Translations under genes and position numbers: made by a program
Assembly (NCBI GenBank): GCA_964035545.1
Contig: OZ037767.1
Span: 10,178,581-10,242,580, forward strand
Source of the DNA: Bugula neritina
Lineage: Eukaryota; Animalia; Bryozoa
Direction of reading: 5' to 3'
DNA length: 64,000 nt
Shown: one piece after another, positions 1 to 13,500 of the stretch
How positions within the stretch are numbered: position 1 is the first letter of the stretch
Layout: every line of letters begins with the position of its first letter
The notes under the pieces: model-generated
What the model saw: only the letters and a program-made list of their open reading frames with translations
Databases searched by the model: none
What the model was told of the DNA's origin: nothing

Positions 1-483
1 CAGCAATAATTAACAGACCACTAATATTCCATTTTTTATCCATAAGGATAGTAACATAAAATATGGTTCATAAAAAAGTAATATTATGATTTCAGCATCA
101 CAAGCAATTACTATGCTCTTTTATATCAGATATTGGTAGACATTTTAATTGTATTTATTTATAAATAAGATGGTATTTAAATTTTAATTTACAATAGATC
201 AAGCTTTATTACAAAGTTTTGTTATCTCTAGCGTTTATATACCAAATTAAATATATTATAATTCTTCATCAGAACTGTGTTTGTTGCCATCATCATCATA
301 ATCAGGCTCTTTGTTTGAAAAAGAAGACTGGCCACTTTTGTTGTTGCAATCGAAACATTCACATAAACCACAGCATTTCATCATCAGGCGCTTGCATTTG
401 CATGCTTTACTCTTGCAGCCTGCTTTTTTGTATTTACATGCTGTTAAAATCACATCTGCATTGCTCTCAAAATCATATTTTAT
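1..483. repeat. Left arm of a long, near-perfect inverted repeat (pairs with 3289-3772)
   Basis: 1-483 is the reverse complement of 3289-3772. The only difference I saw is a T6 vs A7 homopolymer. The ORF track shows mirrored peptides (219..497+ vs 3260..3553-). Confidence 0.95.
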
Positions 484-3288
484 TGGAGTCAAGCTAATAT
501 CCCAACCATGGTCAAAAATTGGCTGATGAAGTAAAATAGGTGTTAAAGCAAATTGCCAAAGTGTAACTTGATAGTTGGCTCGTTTCACGTGATATTCTAG
601 GGAATTCCTGCTAGGTGGTAGCTGTGCTTCACTGGAGACATTTTTTAAAGCCAATATTTTATATCTTCCTTCAGTGATATCATCATAGGCACCGTATAGG
701 TTGGAGACAAACCGTTCACACTCTAAGTATGTTTCATCTGATAATGGGGACCAATCATCAGAACCTAAAGACAGATTATAGCGTCCCTTTTCAAGTACCT
801 CCAAAGCACGCTTTTTAGATATTCGGAAGATAGAACTTACTGAGTCCCAACCTGTAAGTGCATGGAGTGATAACAGATTCTTGAGAACTTTTTGTGGAAT
901 TTTTTTGGCTAATTCAGAAAAAGATATACATCTTCTGTGACTCCATATTCCAATAAAGATTACTACATCTTTATTAGCCTGCTCAGTTAAAACATTACTA
1001 AGATGATGTTAAGCGCAATAATAGCAACATCGGTATCTACTGATCTTATTACTACCAAATCGTAATCACTCAGTGCATCAGCTGCGTGAAGGATTAATCT
1101 CGTGTCTGCTTCATCATGATTGGATTTCAATTTGTTACAATTGTAACGATAATGGTTTTGCAGAACACAGACTTCTTTGGCGCTACACACTAAAAATGTA
1201 CCAGCTGGAATTTTCTCAATATGTCTACTTCACACCTTCACTATGTAATCTACCAACTCATTTTTGTTGTGAATATTGCTCAGAAAAGCACTCCAGTTTT
1301 TGGGAACAGGCACGTTGTCATGAATAATGGAAATAGAGCACATCTGTTGGGCACCCCGTCTAATACCCTCTTGTGCTTTAATTGATGTTTCAGAATACAC
1401 GTCAAACACTACATCAACCCTTGTATATCCTTTGCCACATTCAAGAAATACTTCCAACATCTTCAGAGCGTAGTTATAAAAAGTGCCTGATGTTTTTGTC
1501 GAGTGAAGTATGCACATACCGTCAATAATGACCGATTTGTTGGTGGACAGTTGACTATCATCATTGGAGACCCTGTTTCCAAGATATTTCTGTTCCAAAA
1601 TATGCATTAGTTGCGATTTGCATATTTTTCTCATCTGTCCGTTTTCAGTAAATAGAGCAAGAGGAATGGGACCAATTTCTTTCTCTAGAACTGTATGCAA
1701 ATCTACTTCTCGGCTTTTGGCGCTTATGAGAAGTTTAGCAAATGATATTTTAGGAACATTTGGTTTAATGGCCGGTTGAAGTGGTTTAGCCACAAAGTCA
1801 AAGGAAGGAATTTTAAGCCAGTGAATAGCAGTGTAAAATGGTTTTATTGCATTCAAAAGTCTATCTTGAATAAACTTTTGAGCCGTGTCTGCTCCCTGAG
1901 CCGGAGCGGTCACTATTGACAAGGAGGTCTCAGCATCGGGACTTACTCCAGTAGCAATATTAATAAGTTCAGTTGAATTATTGCTAAACAACTTAACATC
2001 AAACTGCTGTAATGTAAAAAAATTGCTTGTATATCAATCTCATCCTTCATAGTTGTAATGATTGTCTTCCTTGTGTAGTGTTGATGACTGTGAGGTTATT
2101 TGGCAAAAATCCTTTTGCAAAGAAAGCAGTTGGGCTCTGATATGACTAGTTAAGAACCATTTTGTCCGAGCTTCTTCGTGGTTGCTAATACCAATAATAC
2201 CTCCAGATGTTTTACTGTCTCGGTTCAAAGTTTGCTGCAAGACCTGATCTGGAGCCATACCTGCAAATTTTTTTCCTGTCCTTTTTTTTACGGTGAATGA
2301 ACCCTTTGCAAACATTCCATAAACTTCTGGAGCAGATTCAGGCAAATTTAGCATATCAATAAGGTATATAGGCAGCCACCTTGAGTAGTTTGTGCCATCA
2401 TACGCAAAAAATACTGGTAGCATTGCCTGCATACTGTCCAAATATAATTGCCAGTTGCCACTATGCTCAGCTCGAATAAATCCCAACATGGCTTCTACTG
2501 CATGAAGGTAAGAATTCCAGAACATTGAAAGGTTAGATTTTAATTTAGTATCAGAATCAAACTTTTTTATAGCAGTAGCAACTTTATCTGCGACAGTGGT
2601 CCATTCACGTAAGTTATCACCAATAGAAATATTATGATAATCTAATGGGTCAAACTGATCATTTTCTTGAAGCCATTCCGAAAGAGATTTTAGTTTCTGC
2701 CTTGATATTGCCTCATACAAAATCTTGTGTGCCCGTACACCTCTGTTATTATGCTTACCACATAGCACCTGTTTCACTGTAACTTCAGAATAAATATCCC
2801 TGTGCACAAAAACTTGGGCGAAGCCGCTTGATTTTACCATTTTGTCAAGTGCCGCCATGTAATTCATCAAGATATGAAAACCGCCCATTCGAATTATTGC
2901 GTTTGAAAATTCAGTTGGTTTGTTCCATTGAATCTCTTTGGCAATCTTGTAGATAGCTTGGTCAAATGTAATTATTGAATGTTTCTGATTTAAAACTTCC
3001 ATAGTTTTCTTTAGCTGCAGAAGAATTGTATAAATTGTTGATGGATCTGTTGATGGTGCATTAATAATTGGAAAATATCCAATGACTGATCTTTTATTAT
3101 CTTCTGTGGCAACCAAATTTCTTACATTAAAGCTACTCCAGCTGGGGCAGTTATGTGTAGAAGGATTTATATCCAATTGAAATAGTTTGATTGGGGCAAG
3201 TCTTGCCAATAGCCATGCTGTATTTAGATTACATGAATCCTCAAGTGACTTTTTCATATTCAGCAATGTCTCTTGACTAAGTTTTGTG
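256..3288 (-). pseudogene. Academ transposase/XPG/Cys8 polyprotein, 5'-truncated, broken by stops/frameshifts into pieces (2040-3288, 1230-1991, 987-1190, 256-~900)
   Basis: Colinear ORF fragments with the motifs above. The first ~57 aa of ORF 2040..3461 are only the antisense reading of the inverted duplicate. Confidence 0.75.
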
Positions 3289-3772
3289 ATAAAATATGAT
3301 TTTGAGAGCAATGCAGATGTGATTTTAACAGCATGTAAATACAAAAAAGCAGGCTGCAAGAGTAAAGCATGCAAATGCAAGCGCCTGATGATGAAATGCT
3401 GTGGTTTATGTGAATGTTTCGATTGCAACAACAAAAGTGGCCAGTCTTCTTTTTCAAACAAAGAGCCTGATTATGATGATGATGGCAACAAACACAGTTC
3501 TGATGAAGAATTATAATATATTTAATTTGGTATATAAACGCTAGAGATAACAAAACTTTGTAATAAAGCTTGATCTATTGTAAATTAAAATTTAAATACC
3601 ATCTTATTTATAAATAAATACAATTAAAATGTCTACCAATATCTGATATAAAAGAGCATAGTAATTGCTTGTGATGCTGAAATCATAATATTACTTTTTT
3701 ATGAACCATATTTTATGTTACTATCCTTATGGATAAAAAAATGGAATATTAGTGGTCTGTTAATTATTGCTG
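3289..3772. repeat. Right arm of the inverted repeat (inverted copy of the Academ Cys8 region and 3' flank)
   Basis: ORF 3286..3516+ is identical to the C-terminus of ORF 256..804-. Confidence 0.95.
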
Positions 3773-6700
3773 ACACTCAATTTATACAGTAAATATTGAA
3801 TATTAATAGTATTGATTGTAATCAGTTATTCAAAATAAGTCAATAAGCTAATATAAATACACTAAGAATACATTTTTATCATGCTGATGTTGTTCCTATC
3901 AGCAAAGAGCAATATTATTGGGTAGAAATGCAATAATTTATAACGGAGGAGATAACTCCCGTTTTATGTTTTTTATTTGTCATGGTTGGGAAAGAAGTTA
4001 TATAGTTCAGAATGTAATGAAAACTGGAGAGCATTATTAGAACACAATAGAGTGTTTTCATACTAAAAATCAACATTCTAAATGCTAGAACAGAAAAGTA
4101 GCAGTTTAGAGAATATCCGGTATATGCAAAAAAGTAGTTTGTCATATTATAGGCTCCGCCCACTTTTTTATTTTTGGTCAAAACTTTTGTTAGAGAAAGT
4201 TTCATATGTGTACAACATTCCTTGAAAATATTTTTAATGTCAAACTTAAACTACTCAGAAAATTAAATATTTAGAGTTCCATAGTCCCCCCTTGAAAAAT
4301 GCTGAACCCCTGTATATCCACCCCTCTCACGAGAGAACCCCCCCCCCCCCCCCCCCCAGATACAAAAAAGGTACTTGCAGATCTGAGATCAGTAGAATGT
4401 TAGCTTTGCAGTGATATATAGCAACAAAGGTTAGTATTGATGTGCTCCACCCGCCCATTTTTGCATGTTGGCACCCCCTATTATGTGGATAACACTATAT
4501 TAACACAGAATCTCATTCCACTTTTATCTCATTGTGTATTTATAAACGCAAATTGTTACATGTTATAAAATCTAAAAGCACTTTTTGGATATATAACATA
4601 ATATTTGTATACATGTAGTTTTCGAGTCAATATTATAAGCATTTCTAAGTTCAAACAACTTAAACATCATAATGCAATGCATATGATATGCAGTCAAGTG
4701 CACAGCATACTTTATATAGCATATTCTTTGCATATGTTGTATAATGTAGCAGTATATGTACGTAATATAATGGTATAAAATGATGTACAATATACAATAC
4801 TATCAGTTCTGGGGGTAAAGGTCAAATGAATTTTGTTTAAAAATTTAATTTTGCATTTGCAGTGTTTAAGTCAGAGGGTTTGCTATGAAAAGTATATATA
4901 TTTGTTATTACAAAATTAATGAGAAAAATTGGAATTGAAATACTGCATGGGTATGTCAAATGACTTGGAAGAAAATTTAAGTGAGCACACAGAGAAACAG
5001 TATGAGTATAACATTGCATTCACTGTAGAAGTCATTTGGAAAACTTTTGTTGCCAGTTTAAACTATCCTGATGTTCTGTACAGAACCCAGTGGAAAATTG
5101 AGCATAGTTGTTTAATTGTTTCATTAGGTTTCAGCAGTTTTTGTATTGTGTGCTGATTAATTTAATTTAATAGGTAAGAGTTGTGCGCAGCTTTCTTAAA
5201 TTATTAGATTTTATAGTTAACAAAAAATTACTAAAACATAGATAAAATCATAAACTTATATTTATTTATATCTTGATTTTAAAAGTCGACATCTATAGCA
5301 TTAAAAATTAAAATATTACAGCTTTTAGATAAAGTTAGCAAAATTTAAGCGCATAGAAAATTATTAGAGCGTGGTAACACACATCAAGCAAGTAAAAAGC
5401 ACATGCATACACTACATACTTTAATTCATATTCAACTCAAAAAAAATACATCCAACTAAAATATGATTGCTTAAAAATAATTCTCCCCTGACATGCATTT
5501 TTAAATATTTGATTGTATTCCTGAAACTAATTTATCATTATGTAACTCAGTTTGTATCACATATACCATAAATAAGGCGATTTTACTACTAAATTTGAGC
5601 TGTCATACAATTGGCCCAACTAGTACTATTAAGTTTGTTCAAAGCTCATATTGCACCTGTCTGTTGATGAATCAAGCTGATTATACTGCTGCTTTTTAAG
5701 AATTTTCAATTATACTCAAGATTGTATTATTATTGATAAAATGTATTCTAGAAAATATACACTCTCTGATGATAGCTCTGTATCTCCTGATGCATGGTAC
5801 GAATAATATAAATCAACATAAATTCCAGTCCACAAGTTTTTGATACATTCTTCTGCAGTTAATGAGCAACTCTTTAGCACATCTCTCATTTTGACACTTT
5901 GACATGATGTTATCATGCATAGTAGTAAGCGCATAATTTGGTAGATAATAGCAAAAACGTTGTTTGCTGTACAGCAGTTAGAATTGAAGGATTTGTAAAA
6001 AGTTTAAATTTGAGTTGCTCGTAGAGATACATGTTGTTTTCCATAACGCTGTGACATGAAGTAAAATACTATAAAACTATGTATGTTATACCCAACAATA
6101 GTCATGGGAATGAAAGCTAATCACTGTACAATACATCTATGTTATATAAGTGTGTGTCATAATATTTTAGTTATAGAACTCGTGCAATGTGCACAATGTG
6201 CACAATAATACAATAGTATTATGTTGAAAAAATTAATTAATTAACGAAAAAATCATTGGATTGCTATCTGAACTGAATAAATAAAAAAGCTAACTTAGAT
6301 TTCAAACACAACTGCATCCTAGCATCTTCATTCAAAATCTATAAAGATAGATTATGTTTTTTTCATACTTTCTACGCCAGTTTTTCATGTGAATGGAGTA
6401 TTAGCTAATGCAATCAGCAAAAAAAGGCTATTTAAAACCAAAACTACCAATACAAATAATTTAGTGAAATATTTCACTAAAAACGGTTTCCAAACATCTC
6501 AATACTGACATACATGTTAACGGATTGTAGCAAACTAAAAGCAACTCTGCAAAATAGTAGTTGTTTTTCCATAAATGTACTCACTGCTCTAATATATCAC
6601 AAGTAATGAAACAGAGCAACAAACTAGTCGCGAGTTTAGTAAGAGACAACTCCATATTTCGTTGGCAAGTTTACCTTTCTGACAAAGTTATAAATACCAT

Positions 6701-7599
6701 CTTAGTTGGCAGATGCATCCTGCATTTTATACCCTTGAAGAACTCAACCTGTATTTGGTGAAAACTGGGTCTCAAGTTGATTTTGCTAGTAAACTTATTG
6801 AAGTTGTATTTATGTAGGCGACTCTAATATTTCTGTTGTTGATCTTATTACTGCATTTAAAATATCAAGTTGAATAAATTATATGTGGCAAATGGTCATT
6901 TATATTTTTACATATACTGTGCGTATACGAAGGAGACAAAATATGTATAAATCTGAACTCTATTGCAATTAAAAGGCTCAATATAAGTAAGGTAAGATAA
7001 TTCTCTCTCTTCCATACTCATGCCGCCAATAATCATATCAAACTCGTAGCATGGTGCAGTATAAGTACAAAAGACCTCCCTTAAAGCATCTCCCATTAAT
7101 GGCATACTGTAGGCTAACTCTTGATTCAGACTAATACATCAAACAACTGATAGTTTTGAGACCAAGGCACTGGGCTGTATATTTTATAATATACTGAGTA
7201 TATTTTCCTATGTACACTGCACATGCATATTTCATAATGCTACATAAATTCCATCAAGAGTAAAATAATATAACGAGGCCCTGTAAAAATGATCCCCACA
7301 TGTGTTTTTAACACTTCATATTACAGTAATAAAGGCATTTCAACTGAATAAGTTTGTTGTACGACTGTGGGAATTTAAAAATTCCTTAATTACATTAAAC
7401 AAGACATGTAATATCTACATAAAAACAAAGACAAAATTTAAAATGACAAACTGATTTTCTAAATATGCTGCATTGTTTGCAATAGTTGCAGCAAATCCCA
7501 GCCTAAGTGTAAGGAAGTGCAGGTAAAGTATATTGGAAGTTGATATAATTGGGAGTTATCCACTCAGTACAATTACATTAATGTATCTAGTAGCATCAC

Positions 7600-10500
7600 T
7601 CAATCGCTATCACTTCCAGACATAACTCTTGATTTTTTCTTCACCGTTTCATTCCCTGAATCCTAAAATTCAAATTTAAAAACTCTGTATTAAAGATTGG
7701 TGTAATTCATTATCATTGTATACAGCACACTTGTTCATAGAAGTACAAATGACAGCAAAATCAGCGATAGTAATAGAAGGAACAGTATTAGAAATATTAG
7801 TAGTAGTAGGCCTAGTACTAGCAGTAGTAATACTAACAGTAGTAGTAGTAGCAGCAGTACTAGTAGTAGCAGTACTAATACCGGTATTAGTAGTAATAGC
7901 AGCAGCAGCAGTAGTAGCAGTAGCGGTAGTAGTAGCAGCAGTACTAATACCGGTATTAGTAGTAATAGCAGTACTTATAGTAGTAGCACTAACAGTATTA
8001 ATAGTAGTAGCACTAACAGTACTAATAGTAGTAGTAGTAGTAGTAGCAGTAGCAGTAGTGCTAGTATAAGTACTAAAAGTACTATTGACTAGTGGAGGGT
8101 ACCTGTTCAGCACTGCTGCTGTTATCATCTGAATCAGCCAGCCTCTTCGCCTTCTGTAGTCTCTTTCTCTTCAGATCTTCCTCTCCATCTGTCTCATAGT
8201 CTTCCTCAGCAGAGTCAGACAACTCCACACTTCTGTCTCGTTTCGCATTCTTGGACTTCTAATACAGACAGCGAGTATTGAATCAGCAATGTGCAGACAA
8301 AGGTATTCAGACGCTGCTGAAGGTATGGATAGTAACCAAGATGTTCAAAGATGAAGATTCCAAAGCAGCGTTAGCTGATCTCCTTGTGAAATTTTCTGAA
8401 AGAAGCTGAAGAGCTAAGGCTACTTTTAAAGCAGATTTTTTCACAGACCGCCAGTGAAAACTTTGCATACACGAAAAATCGGGGTTGTGCGGGTTTCATA
8501 CTGAGAAAAGTTCTTGCGGTTGTGGCTGAGTTCCATTCAGCAAGTCCACTTATAGCGTTTCAGTTTTCTGTTTTTATCCTCATAAGCTATATATTTCCGT
8601 AATCCAATATTTAAACTTTGCTTTTTATAAATTGATTAATAAGCCAAATGCATACACATGGTCACAATTAATACAGCAACTCACAGTTGGTTATGCAAGG
8701 GCCTCAACACTTTGTAAATAAGTAGAGTGGAGTATCAAATGACCACCCCTTACATTGATAAAACTAGTATCTCAGTCTAACCTTGTACTTATTCTTTATA
8801 GCTGCCACGCTCACATCCATCTCATCATCGAGGAAATTGGCGTCTAGGCTGCTCCGGTTATGGGCTCTTTCTCGTGTCCGTCTCTGTTGATTTTCTCTGC
8901 GGATTGAAGCTCTTAGCCTCTCTTCTTCCTTCTTGATGTTATCAGTCTTAGAGAGCTCTGGATCAACACCTGAACGAGCAAACAGAGCAATCACTTCACC
9001 TTAGAATACCTTCTCATAGTTGAACATGAGATTTTAACTACTTGTGAGAAAATTGTCATGAAGAACATCAAACTAGTTATTCCGAGTTGTCTCTACCTGC
9101 AATTGGTAGTACTTTGGTCTTTGCTGACTTCGTTGATCTGTCAGCTAAAGACATGGTCATCTTTCTGTGAGTGAATGAGTCTGTAGAGTGAGGTCTGAAA
9201 GTGTTACATAATATACAATATTACACAATACAGAGTGAATAGTTATAATACAGAGTATTAAATAAATTACATAACACACAGTGTTGCACAATACACAGCA
9301 TAGATAACACAAAGTAGTAAACAACACACAGATTATTACATAATAGAATGAAAATTGGAATGTGAATTTCTGAAACATGATTTTCAAAGAAACGATGTAG
9401 GCTAGCAGTTTACTGAGAATGAAGTCTTGGTTGATTGTAAATTCAATATGAAGCATCAATATGCTTTTAATAATTCTTTCAAGTTGACTTGAAACTTTTG
9501 AGCTAAAATTTTTGGTGAAGTGGATTTTCAAGCTTCCATCACTACACAGTTGAAAGAATTTGTACAGGGATTAGGTGATACCAAAAGATATACAGAGAGC
9601 ACAAGACTGTAAAAATTTTACTATAATCTGACTGAATCTCTTTCAGCTTATATAGAAACATAGATAACAATATTTTCATTATAAACTACTTGCAACAGGA
9701 CAATAGTCCACCTATCAAATACCAAGATACAGTTAATTACTATCACAGAACTAACCTAAATGTTAACTTGTTTTTAAACATAGCCTGGCCCTGTAGACCT
9801 GTACCCTGACGGATGTACAAGTGATTATGGTCTTGCATTGGCATAGAGAATACATCAAATATTTCTGAACCAAGATGGAGAGAAAGGGATCCATCTGACC
9901 ATTTTACCATCTTGGCGTTGCTTTCTCTCATCTTCTCACCGAATTCATCAGTCTTTATGTTTCCTGCTTCATCTTTGACATATCTCCACCTGCAGAGTCA
10001 GTTGTTAATATTTTACCAGCACATCAGTTTATTATCATATACCATCAGACATGTACTGTATATAATATATCATCAGACATGTACTGTATATAATATACCA
10101 TCAGACATGTACTGTGTATAATATACCATCAGACATGTACCGTGTATAATATATCATCAGACATGTACCGTGTATAATATATCATCAGACATGTACTGTG
10201 TAGTATATACCATCAGACATGTACTGTGTATAATATATCATCAGACATGTACCGTGTATAATATATCATCAAACGTGTACTGTATATTATATACCATCAG
10301 ACATGTATTGTATATAATATATCATCAGACATGTACTGTGTATAACATACCATCAGACATGTACCGTGTATAATATACCATCAGACATGTACTGTATATA
10401 ATATATCATCAGACATGTACTGTATATAATATACCATCAGACATGTACTGTATATTATATACCATCAGACATGTACTGTATATTAGTTGATTAACTAACT

Positions 10501-13500
10501 TACCTGATGGTGTTCTCTACTTTCAGCTTTAGTCTGGCTCTACCTTCCTCATCCATAACCTCGTCTTCATCAATCTCATCCTCATACTGCTCTGGATCAA
10601 ATGGTCTTGTTTCAACAGACAGAAAATTGGGCAGCTTAGCAAAACTAAGATTTTCACCAAGATCGGCAACCACTCGGGGTATTTCAACTTCTATCCTAGT
10701 CTCTGGAACCTCCTCTTCCTTTTCTTCATCGGATTTCTAGAATTTATTAGACAGGATCTAAATTCTAAACTATCAAATTAACACTACATCTCTGGTACTC
10801 CAGGAAATAGCATGACATAACAATAGCCCACATGTAAACCAGAAAATTCGAAATAATTAGGTGCATTTAAAAATATACACTCTGCCTCAAGATCAAGTGT
10901 ACAGATTTTACTGTAGAGGTTTCACTATACTGGTCTTACTAGATAGAGTTTCAACCGCACTAAATTAAGGTGTCAGTGTGTTGTCTGGAGTGGCACATTT
11001 TCAGTATTAGGATTTGGGGTGAGGGTTTGGAATGGGGGCTTCAGGTTTAGGCATAGGGGTTTAAGGGTTGGGAGTTTGGATTGGTTCACTGTTCTTTATT
11101 GTAGACAGTGAAACCTACATGAATTATTAGTAGGTTTGATGCAATTCACAGAGTGTAAAATGCAGATAAATTTAGGTAGTGTAAAATATCAGGTACAGAC
11201 TATAAAATATAATATACAGAAATTTAAGCAATTAATATAATAATGAAATGGAGTTTGTACTGAGCTTTGGTCTCCCTACTGACACCCAACTATTTATAAT
11301 TATAAGCAAAATTGATAGACTGCATACAGTATAACTAGCACTATGGCAGCTAAACTAAAACTTTATAACACATCTCCCAGTTGGTTACGTAATCCCACTG
11401 CTTATCTAAATAAGTCTATTCAAATGCCACACATGCAATGCATGACAAAGGCATGGCAGAACGTGTTAGTCATATGGGGCTGCCACACTACAGTCAAAAC
11501 GGCCATCTTGAACGCGTTTTCGAGGCTAAGCGTTGACCTCTGTGACGTCACAACTGAACGCAACTGTCAGTTTTTCGCGATGCGATGAAAGTTCAACATG
11601 TTCAACTGTCATCGCTGAAGTTGAGCGATCAGCCAATCACTGACTGGCCAGGTAAACCTTGATTGGTTAAGTGCTTTTACTTTTTCCACGTGCTACTAGC
11701 GAGCATTATTATTTGATTTGGTTCTTCGAAAATTATATTAATTTACTTTTAAAATAATTATGATGAAGTTATGTATGAAAGTTTCAATAAATCATGAAAA
11801 TAAGTATTCATTAGATAAATTTTGCTAAATTTTATCTGCATATTTAGTTTTTCTAATTTGGTTGAATTTTATTAGCGTACTATAACTATTTAGTTCTTTA
11901 GGCTAGTGAATGAGCTTGAATAAAGCTAAGTAATATCATTAAATAAAGCTAGTAATTTTGAATAATTGAAGCTAGTAAATTAGAATAAAAATAACTAGAA
12001 AATCTTATTAAATTATGCTAGTAAATCTCAAAAAATTGCGCTAAGATTAATTGTTGGTTACTGTGGATACTGCAGAAACTGGTTTATGGCATTCCTATTG
12101 GTTTAAAAGTTTACTGCGAGACTAGAGACAGTTAGCTTTCATCGTTCGTAGTGAACTGTAGTGTGACCAGCAAAAAGTAGGACGTGACGTTGAAGGCATG
12201 CGCAAGCAGCTCCAAAATGGCCGCCACAGTCGCGTTTCGACTGTAGTGTGTTATGGGCATTACTAACTAAGGCAGGGGTGTCCAACCTTTTCAGAGCAAG
12301 GGCCACTGAAGTGAAAAATTTCACTAGGGCTGGGAGGCCACAGCATCAGCAACTTTCAAAATACTTTATTTCAAATTCCTATGAATCATTACACAATGAA
12401 GTCCCAATAATTACTGCAGGTTGAATGTTTTTAGCATGTACACAAATAAGACATTTTAAAGATGATTTTCCACTGCAGATGTGTGCAAAATAATTTTATG
12501 TGTTATGCCTTTTAGGGCCACATAAATGTAGACTGGGAGCCGAATTCGGCCCTGGGGCCGCCTGTTGGACAGCCCTGAACTAAGGGACACAGTAGAAACA
12601 CCTAGAATACCATAAGACCTCTCATACACAAGATAATAGTAACCTCAGCCCTTCTAAACTAAAACATGAAGCATTGCCAAATTCGTATTCCTCGCTGATA
12701 AAATATCTCTACAACTTCTACAAGCAGGAGCTTATTTTGATGAACTACGTAGTACGTACCATTACATCACTATAAGATTCATAGAAGTGAAACAGCTGGA
12801 CATATTGACTGCATTGACTGTAAAACACAAAACACTCATTGCAAACTTTTCTACAAGTACCTGTGCTTCCTTCTCCTTTTCATCTTCAGAAATGTCGTCT
12901 GCCTCTCCAAAGATGTCTTCAGCCGTAGCTCTCACGGCATCGGGATCACTGCCGCTGTCACTCGGCAGTCTCAACAACTTCTTAGCGTCTCCTCCACCGA
13001 CCTCACTGTCTGCACTGCCTGGTCTGCGAGGTGATGAGTCACTACCTGCATCACCGAGTATTGAGTTAGCTGCGCAGTTAATATCAAATGTTAGCAAATA
13101 TGGCAGCACATATGTTAGCATTATTTATCATCTGATTCGAGCTCAAACTCTATCAAACGCGCAGCATTATGACTTTATGTTGTGAGAAGAAATGGCGTGT
13201 CTCTTTAAGAATGAGGATTAATTTAATTAGCAGACAAGCAGAAATGAAAGCACTGTTTGTAACATTGAGCTTTCAGTGCAAAGTTTCAAATATTAAAATC
13301 AAATATATCGAGAAAAATCGAGAAAAATTTAATTTCAAACTTTTGGGTATAAAAATCAAGTAATCTATTCAAAAACATGCTACCCACCTGACTGGCTGTT
13401 ACGTCTGGGCGTTGCCTGAGGACTGCTTTCTAAGTTGGGCTTATTCTTATCTTCAGCTGCACCACTACCTGGTGAACCAGACCCTGATCTAGCAGGTGAA

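Larger units (their letters stand above)
1..4497 (-). mobile_element. Academ-type (XPG nuclease + Cys8 finger) DNA transposon, decayed and rearranged; left end lies outside the window
   Basis: Minus-strand ORF pieces carry motifs of the Academ large protein: TFDQAIY..IRMGGFHILMNY..RAHK..GNW..YDGTNYSRW..DQVLQQTLNRDSKTSGGIIG, then IIDGM, RVDVVFDVY, XPG/PIN-like HDEADTRLILHA..SVDTDV and HALTGWD, LPPS..HVKRANYQ and a C-terminal Cys cluster. The putative terminus ...GGATAACACTA at 4497 is inferred because it reads TAG on the minus strand. Confidence 0.7.

Noticed and set aside
219-526. Plus-strand His/Cys-rich ORFs and the N-terminus of ORF 2040..3461
   Set aside because: They are antisense readings of the Academ Cys8 region and its inverted duplicate.
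7676-8128. Thr-rich mucin-like and Val-rich TM-like ORFs (also 62631-62954)
   Set aside because: They are translations of intronic trinucleotide microsatellites inside LEO1 and TDP1.
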